Source: Vitrella brassicaformis CCMP3155 (Eukaryota; Protista; Chromerida). From it: 46,866 nt of DNA. Of the stretch, positions 21,569 to 33,421 are shown in pieces; positions within the stretch are counted from its first letter, which is position 1; each line of letters opens with the position of its first letter. The DNA lies in assembly GCA_001179505.1 (NCBI GenBank), contig CDMY01000586.1:1-46866 (forward strand), written 5' to 3'. The translations under genes were made by a program, and so were the position numbers. The notes beneath the pieces are model-generated. The model worked only from the letters and a program-made list of their open reading frames with translations. It was not told the DNA's origin and made no database searches.

Positions 21569-23163
21569 CTAGCTAGTCGGCTTGAGGCACTTGCACTCCT
21601 GACAGGCCCTCTCGGCCGGCTCATACCGGCCCAGCTCGAGCGACCTGAAAAGGGCGTCTTTGGCGAACTCATATGCGCCGAACATGAGGAAGCCGCCGAT
21701 GCCGATCCACAGGACGCGCGGCACCACGCCCTTCATGAGATGGAACATGGCCTCCTCCCGGACGATCTTGACCATCGCATCACTGACACCCTTGTACTGA
21801 CAGTGACAGGCACACATGCACACACGGGATGGTTGTCGAGGCTTGAGATGGTTGGCTGGGTGGCTGACCGACCTTGATCTTGCCTCCTTGTGTCGTGATT
21901 GACTGTGTCATGATTCTCGTCTTGCACACGTCCAGGGGCGTCGTGGCCGCCCCTGCTATCGCGCCTACAACCACACACACACACAGCAACCGACCACAGA
22001 TGACGGCCGCGTACATTTGTGTGTGCTGTGCTCTCTATGTCTGTGTCTGTCTGTGTGTGTGTGCGTGTGTGGCGACCTGCCAACGCCCCGCAGACAGCCG
22101 ACTGCATGGGCGAGAGCGTGTAGATCTCATTGGTATACGATGGCCGGTCCCGCATCTTTGAGATCTCATAATGATACTTCAGCTTCTCCCTTCAACCACA
22201 CACCACAGAGACCAAGCGAATCCTTTCCCATTTGAGTGCACTGATGTGTGTGTGTCGCACGACCCACCGGCCGACCCACCATATTGCGAACTCGAAGGCG
22301 TCGAAGGGCACCTCTCTGGCAAGCTGCGCTCCATAGCCCACAAATAAGCCGGCCATCCCCTGAGCGACGTAGATCCGCGACACGGCGGCGCGTGTCGACA
22401 AAGGGCGGTGCACGCTGCACTGCATCTGCTGCTTGACCACCTCAAAAGGCACCCGGATAACACACGCGACCACCTGAGCGGCCGATGCCGCCAGGAGATG
22501 GACCACAAAAGGCGGCAGCACACCTTACTTGAGGGACATACAGCACACACAAGGGCAGCGACCAATCCCATTAATGTGCTTCGAGAGTTGATCACTGATC
22601 AGCACGTTCTTACTGTTTCGTTTGAGAGTGCGTTTGGTCCACTCATAGGTGGCCCAGAAAGCAGCCGTGCCGGGGAAACTGCCGAGCAGTGTTGGCGTCA
22701 GGCCTGCATGAGCAGCAAATCACGCACCCACCCACTCACTTTCGCCTCCGAGCTACTACCTCTATAGAGCGTGCGGATCGCCCGAAGGCCGCCCTTCGTC
22801 AGAAGACTGCCCTTGGTCACCGTGGTCATCAGCCCGCGGCTGGTCCAATTCACCAAGTGCAAATGCTGTGTTGGCAGCCGGGCCTGCCTCAGCGTCTTGT
22901 AGTGGTCCAGGGGATACAGCACCTGCCATGAGAAAATCAATGACAACGCAGAGATCACAGCAAAGATCTATCTACATGAGTCGGCCATGCATCTGTCCAT
23001 CTATCAATTTGTTCATCCCTCACCGCATCTGCAGCCATGCCGGAGAGGCCGCCAGCTGCAAGAATGGCTGCACACAGTCACACAGCCACACGGTGCATCG
23101 CTTTCTGCGAAGGATCACGTTCTGAGAATACCAAGCATCCGTACCAGCGTATTCTGCAGACAT
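21569..23163 (-). CDS. Mitochondrial carrier, S-adenosylmethionine carrier-like (SLC25A26/PET8 type)
   Basis: Three carrier signatures: PLDHYKTLRQ, PFEVVKQQMQ, PLDVCKTRIM. Also YGAQLAREVPF and KGVVPRVLWIGIGGFLMFGAYE. First exon MSAEYA at 23163, spliced to ILAAGGLSGMAADA|VLYP. Confidence 0.88.
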
Positions 23164-23911
23164 CGTGGCACAAAGTGAAGACGCTTATCGCAACCGACTC
23201 CACGCGCAGATCCTTTCTGGAGCAGCAGCGGTTTCATGGAGCACCCTAGTTTTGCGAGCTTAGGTTTCTGCAATTTTGGTTTTCTGGCATCTCCGCCATT
23301 GTGTAGAGGCGGCTGTGAAGCAGACTGGCCACAGCGGATGAGACCATTTCCCTTTTCAGCCTCTCTTTTGATTCGCATGCACAGCGGACCTGACTGATGC
23401 GCTTGCTGTGGGAGGCTGCTGAAGGAGCTAACACACCCGACCTGCTGGATTCAGTTCAATTGATTCAGTCGCCCCGGTGAGTGACCAACTGTTCAGACAC
23501 CATGAAAGCCAGACTGCAGGTGACTGATGGTTCAGGTCAGCTTTGCCGACGGGCGCAATAGGACGGGCGTTTCATTCATTAATTGATTGAGTGCCGGTGA
23601 GGCAACGCAGGCAGCACCGCACAGTGACCGTCAGTAGGCGCAGACGCAGCGTATGCAGTGCCCGTGGCAATTGTCGCTCTGTTGTGTTTGCCTTTGCTTG
23701 TGTCGTTCAGGTACCTTTCTGCCGTTGCGAGGAGCTGAAGCAGCTGCTCGAGTCAACCGCAGGATCATCCATCGCCGACTCGGTGAGTGATGACCGACTC
23801 GCCGGCACACACGAACGGCGGGCCTGAAGGGTGACAAACGGATGGTGTCTGCTGCCCTGGTGTGATTTTGTCAGCTGACAGTGAACCACTTGTCGGAGCA
23901 GCATCGGTGCG

Positions 23912-25777
23912 ATGTGGTGGAATTATTATGACAAGAGTTATGAGGACACCGGTACGCCGGACAAGGGAGAGGGTGCGATGAAATGCCCACAGACACCCAC
24001 TCACTCTCTGTGTGCGTCGTGTGGCGGTTGTGTTATGTTGTGCTGTGCTGCAGGCGTGGCTATCGTCCTCTTGACGGCCGCTTCGGTTCAGGTGCCGGTG
24101 ACGGCTGTGGGCGTCGACAAGATTGAGGCTCGATTCCCCCGGGGCACCAGCGAGGCCACCAAGCACCTGGCAGTGGGCGACATCGGCCGCACCATCGCCA
24201 GTCCACACGACGCGACCGCACTTATTCGGCAGCATGGAGCCGACCCCAAGATCGTGCCTCGGCTGCGGCAGGGCAGCGGGGAGGAAGGCGGACTCAAGAG
24301 TAATGGGTTCGCCTACTCGCTCCTGAATCTCGCCATCGACAACAAGTCGGACAACACCGTCGGAAGCATCTCAGCAGAGGGGCTACCTGATGGACTGCCG
24401 GACCAGCCCGTCGTCCTACCTCAGTGGCCCGACGGGCTGCAGGAAGGCATCCTCACTGCACTCATCGACGGCGGCGCTGACCCCACCGCACTCAAACCCC
24501 TTGAAGTGGCGATCAGGTTTGCCAACGAGGCGGCCTTCGACCTGCTTATGGCGCGTCACGACCGTCTGCACGACCAACCCGGATCTCTGCACAACCAACC
24601 CGGAACTGACCTGCGTGGGTCGTTGATGGGGCTGCCCGAGCCGCTGTCTCCGCTCGCCTCCGACCAACGCCCCCCGCCCACCCACTATCTGAAGGTGCTC
24701 ATGTCGACGTATCAGCGACTCATCCAACGAGACCCCACCCTCGCCACCGATGGCCTCCTCGTGCACAGAGCTGCCTTCTTTGCGGGGGGCCTCTATCCCC
24801 AGTGGTTCATGGACAGCTACCTGGACCTCATCGCGCAGCACGGCGCCGAGATGACGGGATTTGACAGCGATACAGGGACGCCGCTGTACGTGGCGGCAGA
24901 ACACGGCTCTCCAGAGGTGGCCGACTACCTCTGCCGCAAGCTGCCCGCTGACCAGATCGACAGACGGGGGAACCACCCTGCCTACACACCCCTCGGCAGG
25001 GCTGCAGCGGGGCTCGATTTTCACACCTCCTGCGAGGTCATGAAGAAGTATTTTGGCGCCAAGATTCCCAACTACAAGATGACCATCCGTGCGCTGCTGC
25101 GGGCCGGGGCCGACATCAACAGCATCCACAACCCCTATGACATACAGCAGCACCACCGTGAGCGCCGGCTTGTGCTGCTCGAGTATGCCACGGTGCTCAA
25201 GGAGCTGCCGGGTGCCGTCATGTCGGCGGTCAACAATGCCCTCGCCCCCCATCGCTCACTTGCGGCCCTCCTCATACCCCGGCTGGCCGTCGGCCCCCAC
25301 GAGGCGCCCATCTTCGGCTGGCGCATCGCATCTTACCTCTTCGACATGGCTGCCGCCCGGGAGGCCATCAGTGAGGCCATCGGTGTGCGCCACAGCGTCC
25401 TGGCCCGGCGTGTGCGTGCGGCCGTCGAGCACTTCGTCCGCTCGGCAGTGTTCAGGGCCATCAGCAACAGGGAGGTGGTGGGCCGCAGGGAGAGTGTGGG
25501 CGGCGTGGTGGTGCGGGTGCCGCTGCAGTGCTTCGCCGTTGCCGATGGGGCCGACATCCGTCCGCCTCATGTGGTGCACACGGCCGGCCGTCTGGGGCTG
25601 CGTGAGGTGGTGCACAAGGCGCGGCGGGACGAGGCGGCACTGCATGGTGTGGAGGACGTGGCCAAGGGCTTCAACGAGCACCTGGGCGATGACGACTGCC
25701 AGTTTGCGTGGTGGCAGCTGGGCTGGCGCATCGAGGGCAGCAGTGGGGGGGAGTTTGTGTTGCTGGGGATCAGCTGA
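23912..25777 (+). CDS. Ankyrin-repeat protein with a conserved C-terminal domain (paralog 2)
   Basis: KPLEVAIRFANEAAFDLLM, GTPLYVAAEHGSPEVADYL and LLRAGADINS. The C-terminus is nearly identical to paralog 1. It has an N-terminal intron at the same position as paralog 1. Confidence 0.85.
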   Translation: MWWNYYDKSYEDTGTPDKGEGAMKCPQTPTHSLCASCGGCVMLCCAAGVAIVLLTAASVQVPVTAVGVDKIEARFPRGTSEATKHLAVGDIGRTIASPHDATALIRQHGADPKIVPRLRQGSGEEGGLKSNGFAYSLLNLAIDNKSDNTVGSISAEGLPDGLPDQPVVLPQWPDGLQEGILTALIDGGADPTALKPLEVAIRFANEAAFDLLMARHDRLHDQPGSLHNQPGTDLRGSLMGLPEPLSPLASDQRPPPTHYLKVLMSTYQRLIQRDPTLATDGLLVHRAAFFAGGLYPQWFMDSYLDLIAQHGAEMTGFDSDTGTPLYVAAEHGSPEVADYLCRKLPADQIDRRGNHPAYTPLGRAAAGLDFHTSCEVMKKYFGAKIPNYKMTIRALLRAGADINSIHNPYDIQQHHRERRLVLLEYATVLKELPGAVMSAVNNALAPHRSLAALLIPRLAVGPHEAPIFGWRIASYLFDMAAAREAISEAIGVRHSVLARRVRAAVEHFVRSAVFRAISNREVVGRRESVGGVVVRVPLQCFAVADGADIRPPHVVHTAGRLGLREVVHKARRDEAALHGVEDVAKGFNEHLGDDDCQFAWWQLGWRIEGSSGGEFVLLGIS

Positions 25778-26041
25778 CTGTGAGAGCGGGAGGAATTGAT
25801 GTGTCGACTCATGTCCGACCCACAAGAGCGAAGACAGACAGTCGATAGACAGCGCGGAGAGGCGGGGTGCATGGTGGATGGGCGAGACACATTTAGCTGC
25901 ATGAATGAATGAATGAATGAATGAATTTCGACATGGATGTCGTAACTCATGATTGAATGCAATTACCTTCGTCATTGGAATGAAATGTCTTTCTGGAATA
26001 TCAGTCAATGTCCATGGCTCCAACACATCAACATTCGGACC

Positions 26042-28208
26042 CTAATCATTACTAACATCACTCTGCCACCTGACCCCTCTGCCCCTCCCACCCCCCTCAC
26101 TCGAATCACTCTCCAGCACATTCGCCCCCGACCGACGCACGCCAACCGAGGAGGCACACACAAAGATGCCGTCGATGGCACTCAGCGACCTTGGCGGGAT
26201 CGTCTCCTCCCTCATCCCTCGGCCCTCGACCGACGTGCAGGGAGGTGGTGGGCCACTAGGAGAGTGAGGGAGGGTGGTCGTGGTGCGGCTTCTCGAGTGC
26301 TTCCTGTTGATGCACGGCCGCAGCTGCTTCGGTGACCCGTCAATGAGCGATGCACCCGACTCAGCATTGGGCGCGCTGCCGGCCGCCGCGTCCCCAGCTT
26401 GCGTAGCCGACTGTGGGGATGACGATCCCGGGCCGAGTGATGGGGTTGGTGTGTGGGTGGTGGCGGAGGCTGGCCCGTCGACGAGGAAGGCCTTGAGCGA
26501 CTCGATCCAGTGGTCCCGCTGGACGTCGTCACGGAGGACCATGGGGTACGGGAAGGCCGACATCTTGACGATCACTGACTCCCCCTTCTGAATCTCCATG
26601 CGGGAACGGCCGTCGATTGCCACCTACACACACGAGAGACCAACAGACATGCATTGTGTGCTGTGCGTCGTCTTGTCAGGTTGCTTGGCCTACCCATGCG
26701 GTTGCACGGCTGTCGTCCGGGACCTTGATGCGGAGTACGCCCGAGTCGTGCAGCACGAGGGGGCGGAAGGAGGGGAAGTGGGGACAGATTGGGGTGAAGA
26801 GCATGCACGGCACCTGGGGATGCACCATGGACCCGCCAGCTGACATGCTGTAGGCCGTCGAGCCAGTGGGAGTTGCGATGATCAAACTGATCAACCAATA
26901 CCACACAATGCATCCACTCGTCTGCCTGTCTGACGTTTGGCCCGCACCCGTCAGCTGCAACGGTTGCAAAGAACTCTTCGTTGTAGAACGCATCAAGGTT
27001 AGTCAAGAAAGAACCAGGACCTGCATGACACACACACGATCAGACAAGGAAAACCGTGCAGGCTTTTTCCTCACTCTCCTCCTTGTGGCTGCCTGATCTG
27101 ACGCACCTCTGTCGACAACGCAGTCATTGATGGCGCTCAACTCGTGCTTAATCACGTCACGTGAGTCAACCAGCATCACCTCTGCACACACAGACACGTA
27201 GCGGTGCATCACATCCCTCCCGGCTTGCTCACTGAGTCTGCATCTGAGGCATATGGAGAAGCCAGAGTGGACCATCCGCCGCAGCACCGCCTTCATCTCA
27301 GACACTTCAAAATGAGTCAAGTAACCCAACGAACCCTGCAGCAAGCCAAACACACACACAACGCACAACGTCCGTCATGCGGGGCCTGTCGGTACCATGG
27401 AGAATCCGACGACGGGCGGTACGACATTGGTCATGAGGTGTGATGCCCAGAGCATGGTGCCGTCGCCCCCCAGTGCGACCACAAAGTCGATGTGGTTCCC
27501 CAGCTCCTCGGGAGGACCCTCCTCCTCGTGCCACGTCTTGACCATCATCGCACCCTGACACACGCACAGTGCGGATGCGGGTCGTGCTGTGTCTGGGTGT
27601 AGTGGTATACCGCTGAGACGAATTTGTCTGAGGCGGTGGGCTCGACGATCACCTGCAGGCCAAGCTCCTCCGACAAAAACCTGACGAGCAAAGGCCGCAT
27701 ATGACATGCACGTACGTACCATCGTATCAACGGCTGATCTCTCTCCCCACTGGTGCTTCTCTCACACTGCAAGTTCGACTGCCACTTTGGTCATGCTTGG
27801 TGAGTTGATGCGCTTAATCATGAGCACCCGCTGGGGCTTCTCCTTGAAGGTGCGGTAAATGTTGCCCGTCTGCGCACGCGGCAAGTGGTCCATCCTGCAG
27901 CCAACAAAGCGGCAAACGTAGTGTCTGTCCGCGCCCGGGTCGGTGTGTAGGTCAGCTCACTCGAGGTTGTGTCCATCGGCGGCATCATCGGTCTGCCTGT
28001 AGATGCGGATGACGCTCTTGGCAGGCGACTCGGGCACATGGTCAGAGTCCGCTGGCGACGGCTCCTGCCGCTCAGTCCACACGGCGGGAGTGATCCCAGC
28101 TCCCGAATTGAGCCCAGTGCCCGTCGTGCCACCAATGGAGGCGTTGCCACCAGGTGTCTGGCTATCCTTCGGCTTCCCGCTCGCAAAGATGCTGGGATTC
28201 GTGGACAT
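26042..28208 (-). CDS. NADK: ATP-NAD kinase
   Basis: [17 protein letters not shown] (GGDG motif), [33 protein letters not shown] and FTPICPH. Start MSTNP at 28208. Confidence 0.93.
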
Positions 28209-28233
28209 GCTGACAGGAGAGGAAACCACCGTA

Positions 28234-28419
28234 GTAAAAAACGGAATGAATGTGACGACTTGTCTGCGCCGCCGCGCGATCCGGCTGCCGCGCGGAAGCC
28301 TCCATCGCTGAGTGGCTGAAATGCGTCCATTCAATCCCGAACTCGGGATCGCTTCTTGAGCTCGCAAAGTGGCCCGGGCTGGGGAGCTCGTGTTTATGGT
28401 TGCTCCATCACTCGTGGCT
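28234..28419 (-). promoter_or_regulatory. NADK promoter/5'UTR segment, duplicated in inverted orientation at 33422-33610
   Basis: The core 135 bp differ at 5 positions by manual alignment. A further 50 bp or so of looser match extends upstream. Confidence 0.85.
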
Positions 28420-28700
28420 TTTCCCCCACAGGCGTGGAGCAGAGAGATATCTATGGAGCCATTGACTCATGGACTACAACTGATCGTCGTTGAACTATGT
28501 CTACACACACATGTAAACTGGCTCTCATCTGTGCCTGTAGGCAGATTATCCGTCTGGCTCACATTATCTGTATGTCTTTCTGTCTGACAGTGTCTGTGCG
28601 GACACTCCACATCGCGCCGATCACACACACACACACACACACGCACACACAGGGCTCACATGGCGCATGACTAAAGGCAGAAATGGCATGCAGCCTTCAA

Positions 28701-30058
28701 TCAATCTGACCTCTCCTCCACACAAAGGACCTCCAAATCGTCGGCCATAAAGTCCTTACTGCCCCCAAACACAGCTTTGCCATGCATATCTCTCGGCCCC
28801 ACATAGCCCTCAGGTACATCATACCTGCCGACGAACTGACGGCAGCTGTACATGTCAGCCGCAGCACCACATCCCAGCCACAACCTCGCACCGATCCACA
28901 GCTTCGCTCGCCCATAAACTGTCCCCTCCCGCCCGGCCACCCGCACTCTCCGCCCGCCTATCATCTTGGTCGGTTGTTTAAAGTGGCCACTCAACGAGAA
29001 ATGCCACACATCGCAGTCGTAGATGTTCTCGCCTGTTGGGTCGTCTGGCGGCTTGATGCGGCCGCTCACGTAGGCGCCGAACACGTAGGCATTTTTCTTG
29101 ACAACAAACACCAGCTCGCTCTCATCGCCCACACAACCGAGGAACTTGCCATACGACGGCCCATCGCGAGTCGCCCTGTAAAGACGACGAGAGAGAGGCC
29201 CATGCAGATGAGCATGAGTCCAGGACAAGCGCACCTGTAGATGAGCTTCAGTCTCCTTCCACTTGCCTCTCCAAGGAAGTGATAGAGTGCCGCAGACGTG
29301 AGGGCATCGAAAGTTGCGCCCTGGATCATCTGCAATGACAGCAGACCACCAATGCCGCTCTCTCTCTCACTGATATGTGTATGACCTTAAGTGAGAGTAG
29401 TGACCGGTATTGGACACCAATGACTTCCAATTCATCGGCCATAAAGCCCTTACTGCCCCCAAACACAGCATAGCCATTCTCATCCCTCACCCCCACATAG
29501 CCCTCAGGCAGGCAGGCATGTCCGTCAGGGATGAAGTGACAGCAGCTGAGCATATCAGCAGCGGCGCCACCCTCACAGCCCAAACCCAGGCCAGCACCAC
29601 CACCGAACAGGCCCCCGATCCACAGCTTCACCCCACCCCACACTGTGCTCTCCCGCCCAATGATTTTGATGGAATGCCGGCCTTCCATCATCTTGGTCGG
29701 CTGTTTGAAGTGGCCACTTAAGGAGAAATGCCACACATCGCAGCTGTAAAACCACGCCTCCGTCTCATCGTCACTGTGATGTGGGATTGCGCCGCTCATG
29801 TAGGCGCCGAACACGTAGGCATTTTTCTTGAGAACAAACACCAGCTCGCTCTCATCGCCCACACAACCGAGGAACTTGCCATACGACGGCCCATCGCGAG
29901 TCGCCCTAACACGACGAGAGAAAGCGTTAAGGCACATACTGTTGGGCCTGTGTATCGCACCTGTAGAGCAGAGTGAATTCACATTCGTCCGCCATGGAAG
30001 GCACGAGGGAGTGGAGGGCCGCAAACTCGGCCTCACTGTGGCCGCTGCCAACGATCAT
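28701..30058 (-). CDS. Tandem TLDc-like domain protein (two domains; N-terminal part unresolved)
   Basis: Two copies of LYR|ATRDGPSYGKFLGCVG...VFGAY..G...WHFSLSGHF...FGGSK.FMAD.LEV, each with the intron at LYR|A. Confidence 0.82.
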
Positions 30059-30059
30059 C

Positions 30060-33000
30060 TGCATGACAGCGAGAGGTGAAAGCAATCAAGGTGATGTGAC
30101 CACATGGGCATTCTCACTCGCAATACACGCCCGTCGTCCCCGTATGTCTTCCTACGAGACCACACCTGCACACATCACACAACAATGCCATACCGTCTGT
30201 CTACGTGGGTTTGTTCCATTGCAGTTGACTCACGATACGCGGCGGCACCTCTCGGTGGTCGCGTGTGGGCGTCTTTTGGACCTCATACGACACACTGATC
30301 ACGTCACCATCATCCTGAAGGCAGAATGCATGTGTGCAGCAAGGGAATTGTTGCTCTGTGCATCTCTCTCACCTCTTGTATGTCACTCAGGCGATCGTCG
30401 GCAGTGACGCTGAATGCAGGGTCAACACATGAGCCAGACCACACCTGCACACATCACACAACAATGCCATCCCGTCTCTCTACGTGCGTTTGTTCCATTG
30501 CAGTTGACTCACGCCAGACGGCGGCACCTCTCGGTGGCCGCGACTGGACGTCTTTTGGATCTGGACCGGTGGCCCCCTTGGCAGCTGTTTGTCCGACACC
30601 GACGGTGGAAGCTGAATGAAGTACGGTGCTCGTTCGCCAACAGATAAGTGAGCCTTCTTCGCTTTCTTACGGGCGTGACGTTTGTTTGCTGTGATGGCTG
30701 CGATTGTGCGTCAAACGGTTGACCACTACCAGCAGCAGCAGCATCGGTGGTCTGCAGAACACGGGAAATACGCAGGGGCCTCTCTCGCTGCCATGGTGTC
30801 AGACCGCTTCTCTCACCATAGCGTCAGGACCGCGACTAATGTTCTCATGTGCTTCTCGCACCGCAGCTGACTCGCCAACCATTTGCTCCTGCAGACAGCA
30901 GAGAAAAGACGTGCACTAATTGCGTGCATCGTCTGACGTCAGACGTTGTTTTGCTTCCTACATGCTGGTCGCTGAGTCGGTCGCTTTTTGATGACGGTGG
31001 TGCAGCAGCAGGCTCGGCGCCCTGAGACGAGAAACACATTTGCTAAAAGTGCATGTGGATGTGTGGTGCGTACGTGTCTGCTCAGTCCATTCGTGAGCTC
31101 CTCTTGTAGTGGCTGGTCAGAGATGGGAGCAGGCAGGGGGTGTGGGTGGGGCGGATGCCACGGGGGATGGGAAGACGCTGCGGCCGCAGCCGGTACAGGC
31201 GCCTCTTTTCGGGGCTGCAACAAGCACCAGATGGGAAGTGCTTTGAGTACCTGATTTCTCTCTCACCTGAATGTCATCCGATGTGTCAGCTTCCGGATCG
31301 GGCATACTTTCCCACCACTTCTGAAGCGCCTTGGCCTCTTCCTCACGTGTCATCTGTACACAAAAACATACGATGCTCACGGCGCTCGGTGATCCGATGG
31401 ACATGCACTCTTTTCTTTGCCGACCGGCATTCCATCGGTGGGTGGAACAGCAGCTGCAGCGGGATCGGCAGCGCGTGACTCAGAAGGCGGCAGAGAACTC
31501 TGGTTAAGCACGCATGAATTAATGAATGGCGAGTGTCTCACCGCTTCATGCCTACAGTGGTCTCTCGATTCACCTGGTGGTTGTCTGACGTGGCACTCTC
31601 CGTATGCTCTGCAGCCTGCACGCAGAGAGAGAAGCTGTCTCTGCGGTAGCCCTCCCTGCATGAGTGAGGTGATGCACAAACCTGTCGGCTATCGACTCTT
31701 GAATTTGTCAGACTTGGCGGACGCTCGTCGTGGGATGCCCTTGCCGGAGGTGAGATGGCTGCAGCAGCAGCAGCAGCTGGTACAGCACCAACTGCACCAG
31801 CCGCCGCGGGAAGGGTCTGACGATTCAGGAAAGCACGGATCGATCATTTACAAATCCCCTATGTCGTTGCTCTTTCCCCCACCCGCTCATATCTGTTCTT
31901 GACGCCACCCGGTAAACCTACGTCTGCGGAACCAGCAGCAGCAGGGGCGGGGGCGCGGGTGGCTTGTGGGACGGCTGGCTGTGGCTGTGCCTGTGGCGGG
32001 ACGGTCATGGGTGGTGCCATTGAAAGGGCATGAGTGGGGGGAAGCCGAACGGCATCCCTGGCGCAGGGAACATCCCCGGACCGATCGGAGGCACTGGGAA
32101 GCCTGCAACAACCACACACACAGACCACTCACACAGACACGATGCACACACACCGCCCGCCCTTGCTTGTTCTCTCACCTGGTCGAGGGACCACGTTGGC
32201 CAGCCCAGCCATGCCCATCCTCGGACGGATCTGCTCCGCCCCCCGCGCGGCCGCAGCAGCCGTCGCCTCGGCCACCTTCGCGTCCTCCGATGACGGAGGA
32301 CGAGGCTGTCTCGGCCCAAATGCTGTAACCACACAGCACAACATCAACCCCTCTCTCAATGCCAGGCGCTGCTCTTTATTTCTTACTCAATGCATGGCCG
32401 GAAGCAGGGGTGGGAGGCACAGGTTGGTCTGGAGCGTTAGAGTGCTGAAGAAAGCCACAGATCCTTTCTTATCGAACAACAAAGCAATAATCTGATCTTG
32501 CCCGACCTGATCAGATGCATCGTCCTTATCATCCTTGCGACACCGGTGTCTGCTCCATTCACCCGCGTCGAAATAATTTTTTTGCGCAACGGCGGCACCG
32601 GTCGCGCTGCTTCTCTGTCGTGCTGTTGTACTCCCAGGTGATGACGAAGGTCGACCCGTTTTTCAGGTCGACGATAGCGTGAGGTTCTCACGATGAGTGA
32701 GGCTGGTGTGAGGGCCGAGGCTGCGCGTCTTGAGAGGGCAAGCTGCAGACAAACGTGTCGACTCGCTCGCGGTCCTTTCGAGGCGAGCAGGCAAAGAGGA
32801 TTGCATACAAGACGCTAGAGCAGTGCACTTAGCTCCTACCGGATTGTCTGTCCGACACGTGGCTCAGCTCCGCAAATCCAAGCAAGACGCTTTTGACAGC
32901 CGAGTCGTTGAGCTTCTTGATGAAGTCTTCGCGGACCGGCACTCGAAAGCCACAAACCTCCACCCATTCGCAGTGGTCCTTCTCCTCGGAATTCTTGACC

Positions 33001-33330
33001 TTGGCGGCAAGGCCTCTTTCCAGCCAGTTGACGATGTCACGCCACCGCATGGATTGCAGAAGCTCAAACACCTTCTTTGTGACGCGATCTTGTACTTCCG
33101 CCGGCGGCTGCGCCGATTGAGATGGCTAACCGAGGACACATGCACACACATACACACGTGTCGTGTGTGGTGGCTGTCATGTACCTGTGGTGGTTCAGTC
33201 ACCTTGTAGCTACTGCGGCCGCACACACACAGCAGGGATCTGTGTTTGATTCCTTTGCGTTTCTTTTCCTGGTGGCTTACGTGAGGCCGACGACGCTGCC
33301 TGTGTTATCAATCCCAACACGCCTTCTCAG
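30060..33330 (-). CDS. Unresolved minus-strand exon fragments (Pro-rich segments and a CxxC..HxC-like segment); one or two genes, possibly degenerate
   Basis: Protein-like stretches flanked by splice signals, for example MFELLQSMRWRDIVNWLERGL, GFPVPPIGPGMFP and QMTREEEAKALQKWW. A single frame could not be reconstructed. Confidence 0.3.
30156..30561. repeat. Imperfect direct repeat of about 125 bp (30156-30285, 30436-30561) covering an exon end and intron start on the minus strand
   Basis: AGACCACACCTGCACACATCACACAACAATGCCAT...GGCGGCACCTCTCGGTGG occurs twice, 280 bp apart. Confidence 0.85.
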
Positions 33331-33421
33331 TAAAGGGCACAGCAGATCTCCCAGACGGGCGGCTTGGGTGAACAAATCAATTCATGAAACACACGAACAG
33401 ACGGCCTCACTGTCTCCCCCC

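Larger units (their letters stand above)
13105..25850. repeat. Inverted segmental duplication (about 13105-15865 vs 23253-25850) enclosing about 7.4 kb
   Basis: The ankyrin CDS, 3' flank (CACAAGAGCGAA) and about 300 bp of upstream noncoding DNA (15569-15865 vs 23253-23545) are homologous in opposite orientation. Confidence 0.92.

Noticed and set aside
23078-23098. In-frame TGA in MHRVAV*LCAAILAAGG at the carrier 5' end (readthrough or selenocysteine idea)
   Set aside because: A normal intron from the MSAEYA exon donor to gtgcag removes it and restores the frame.
13105-25850. Interpreting the inverted repeats as TIR/composite transposons
   Set aside because: No transposase, integrase or RT ORF is present. 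I saw no sharp termini or target-site duplication, and the arms are host-type genes.
28234-28367. Arg-rich peptide RAQEAIP.SGLNGRISA.QRWRLPR in frame upstream of both the NADK and RBR ATGs (possible TTG-initiated targeting extension)
   Set aside because: There is no ATG, and 4 of the 5 differences between copies are nonsynonymous, so there is no sign of coding constraint. Ribosome profiling could reopen it.
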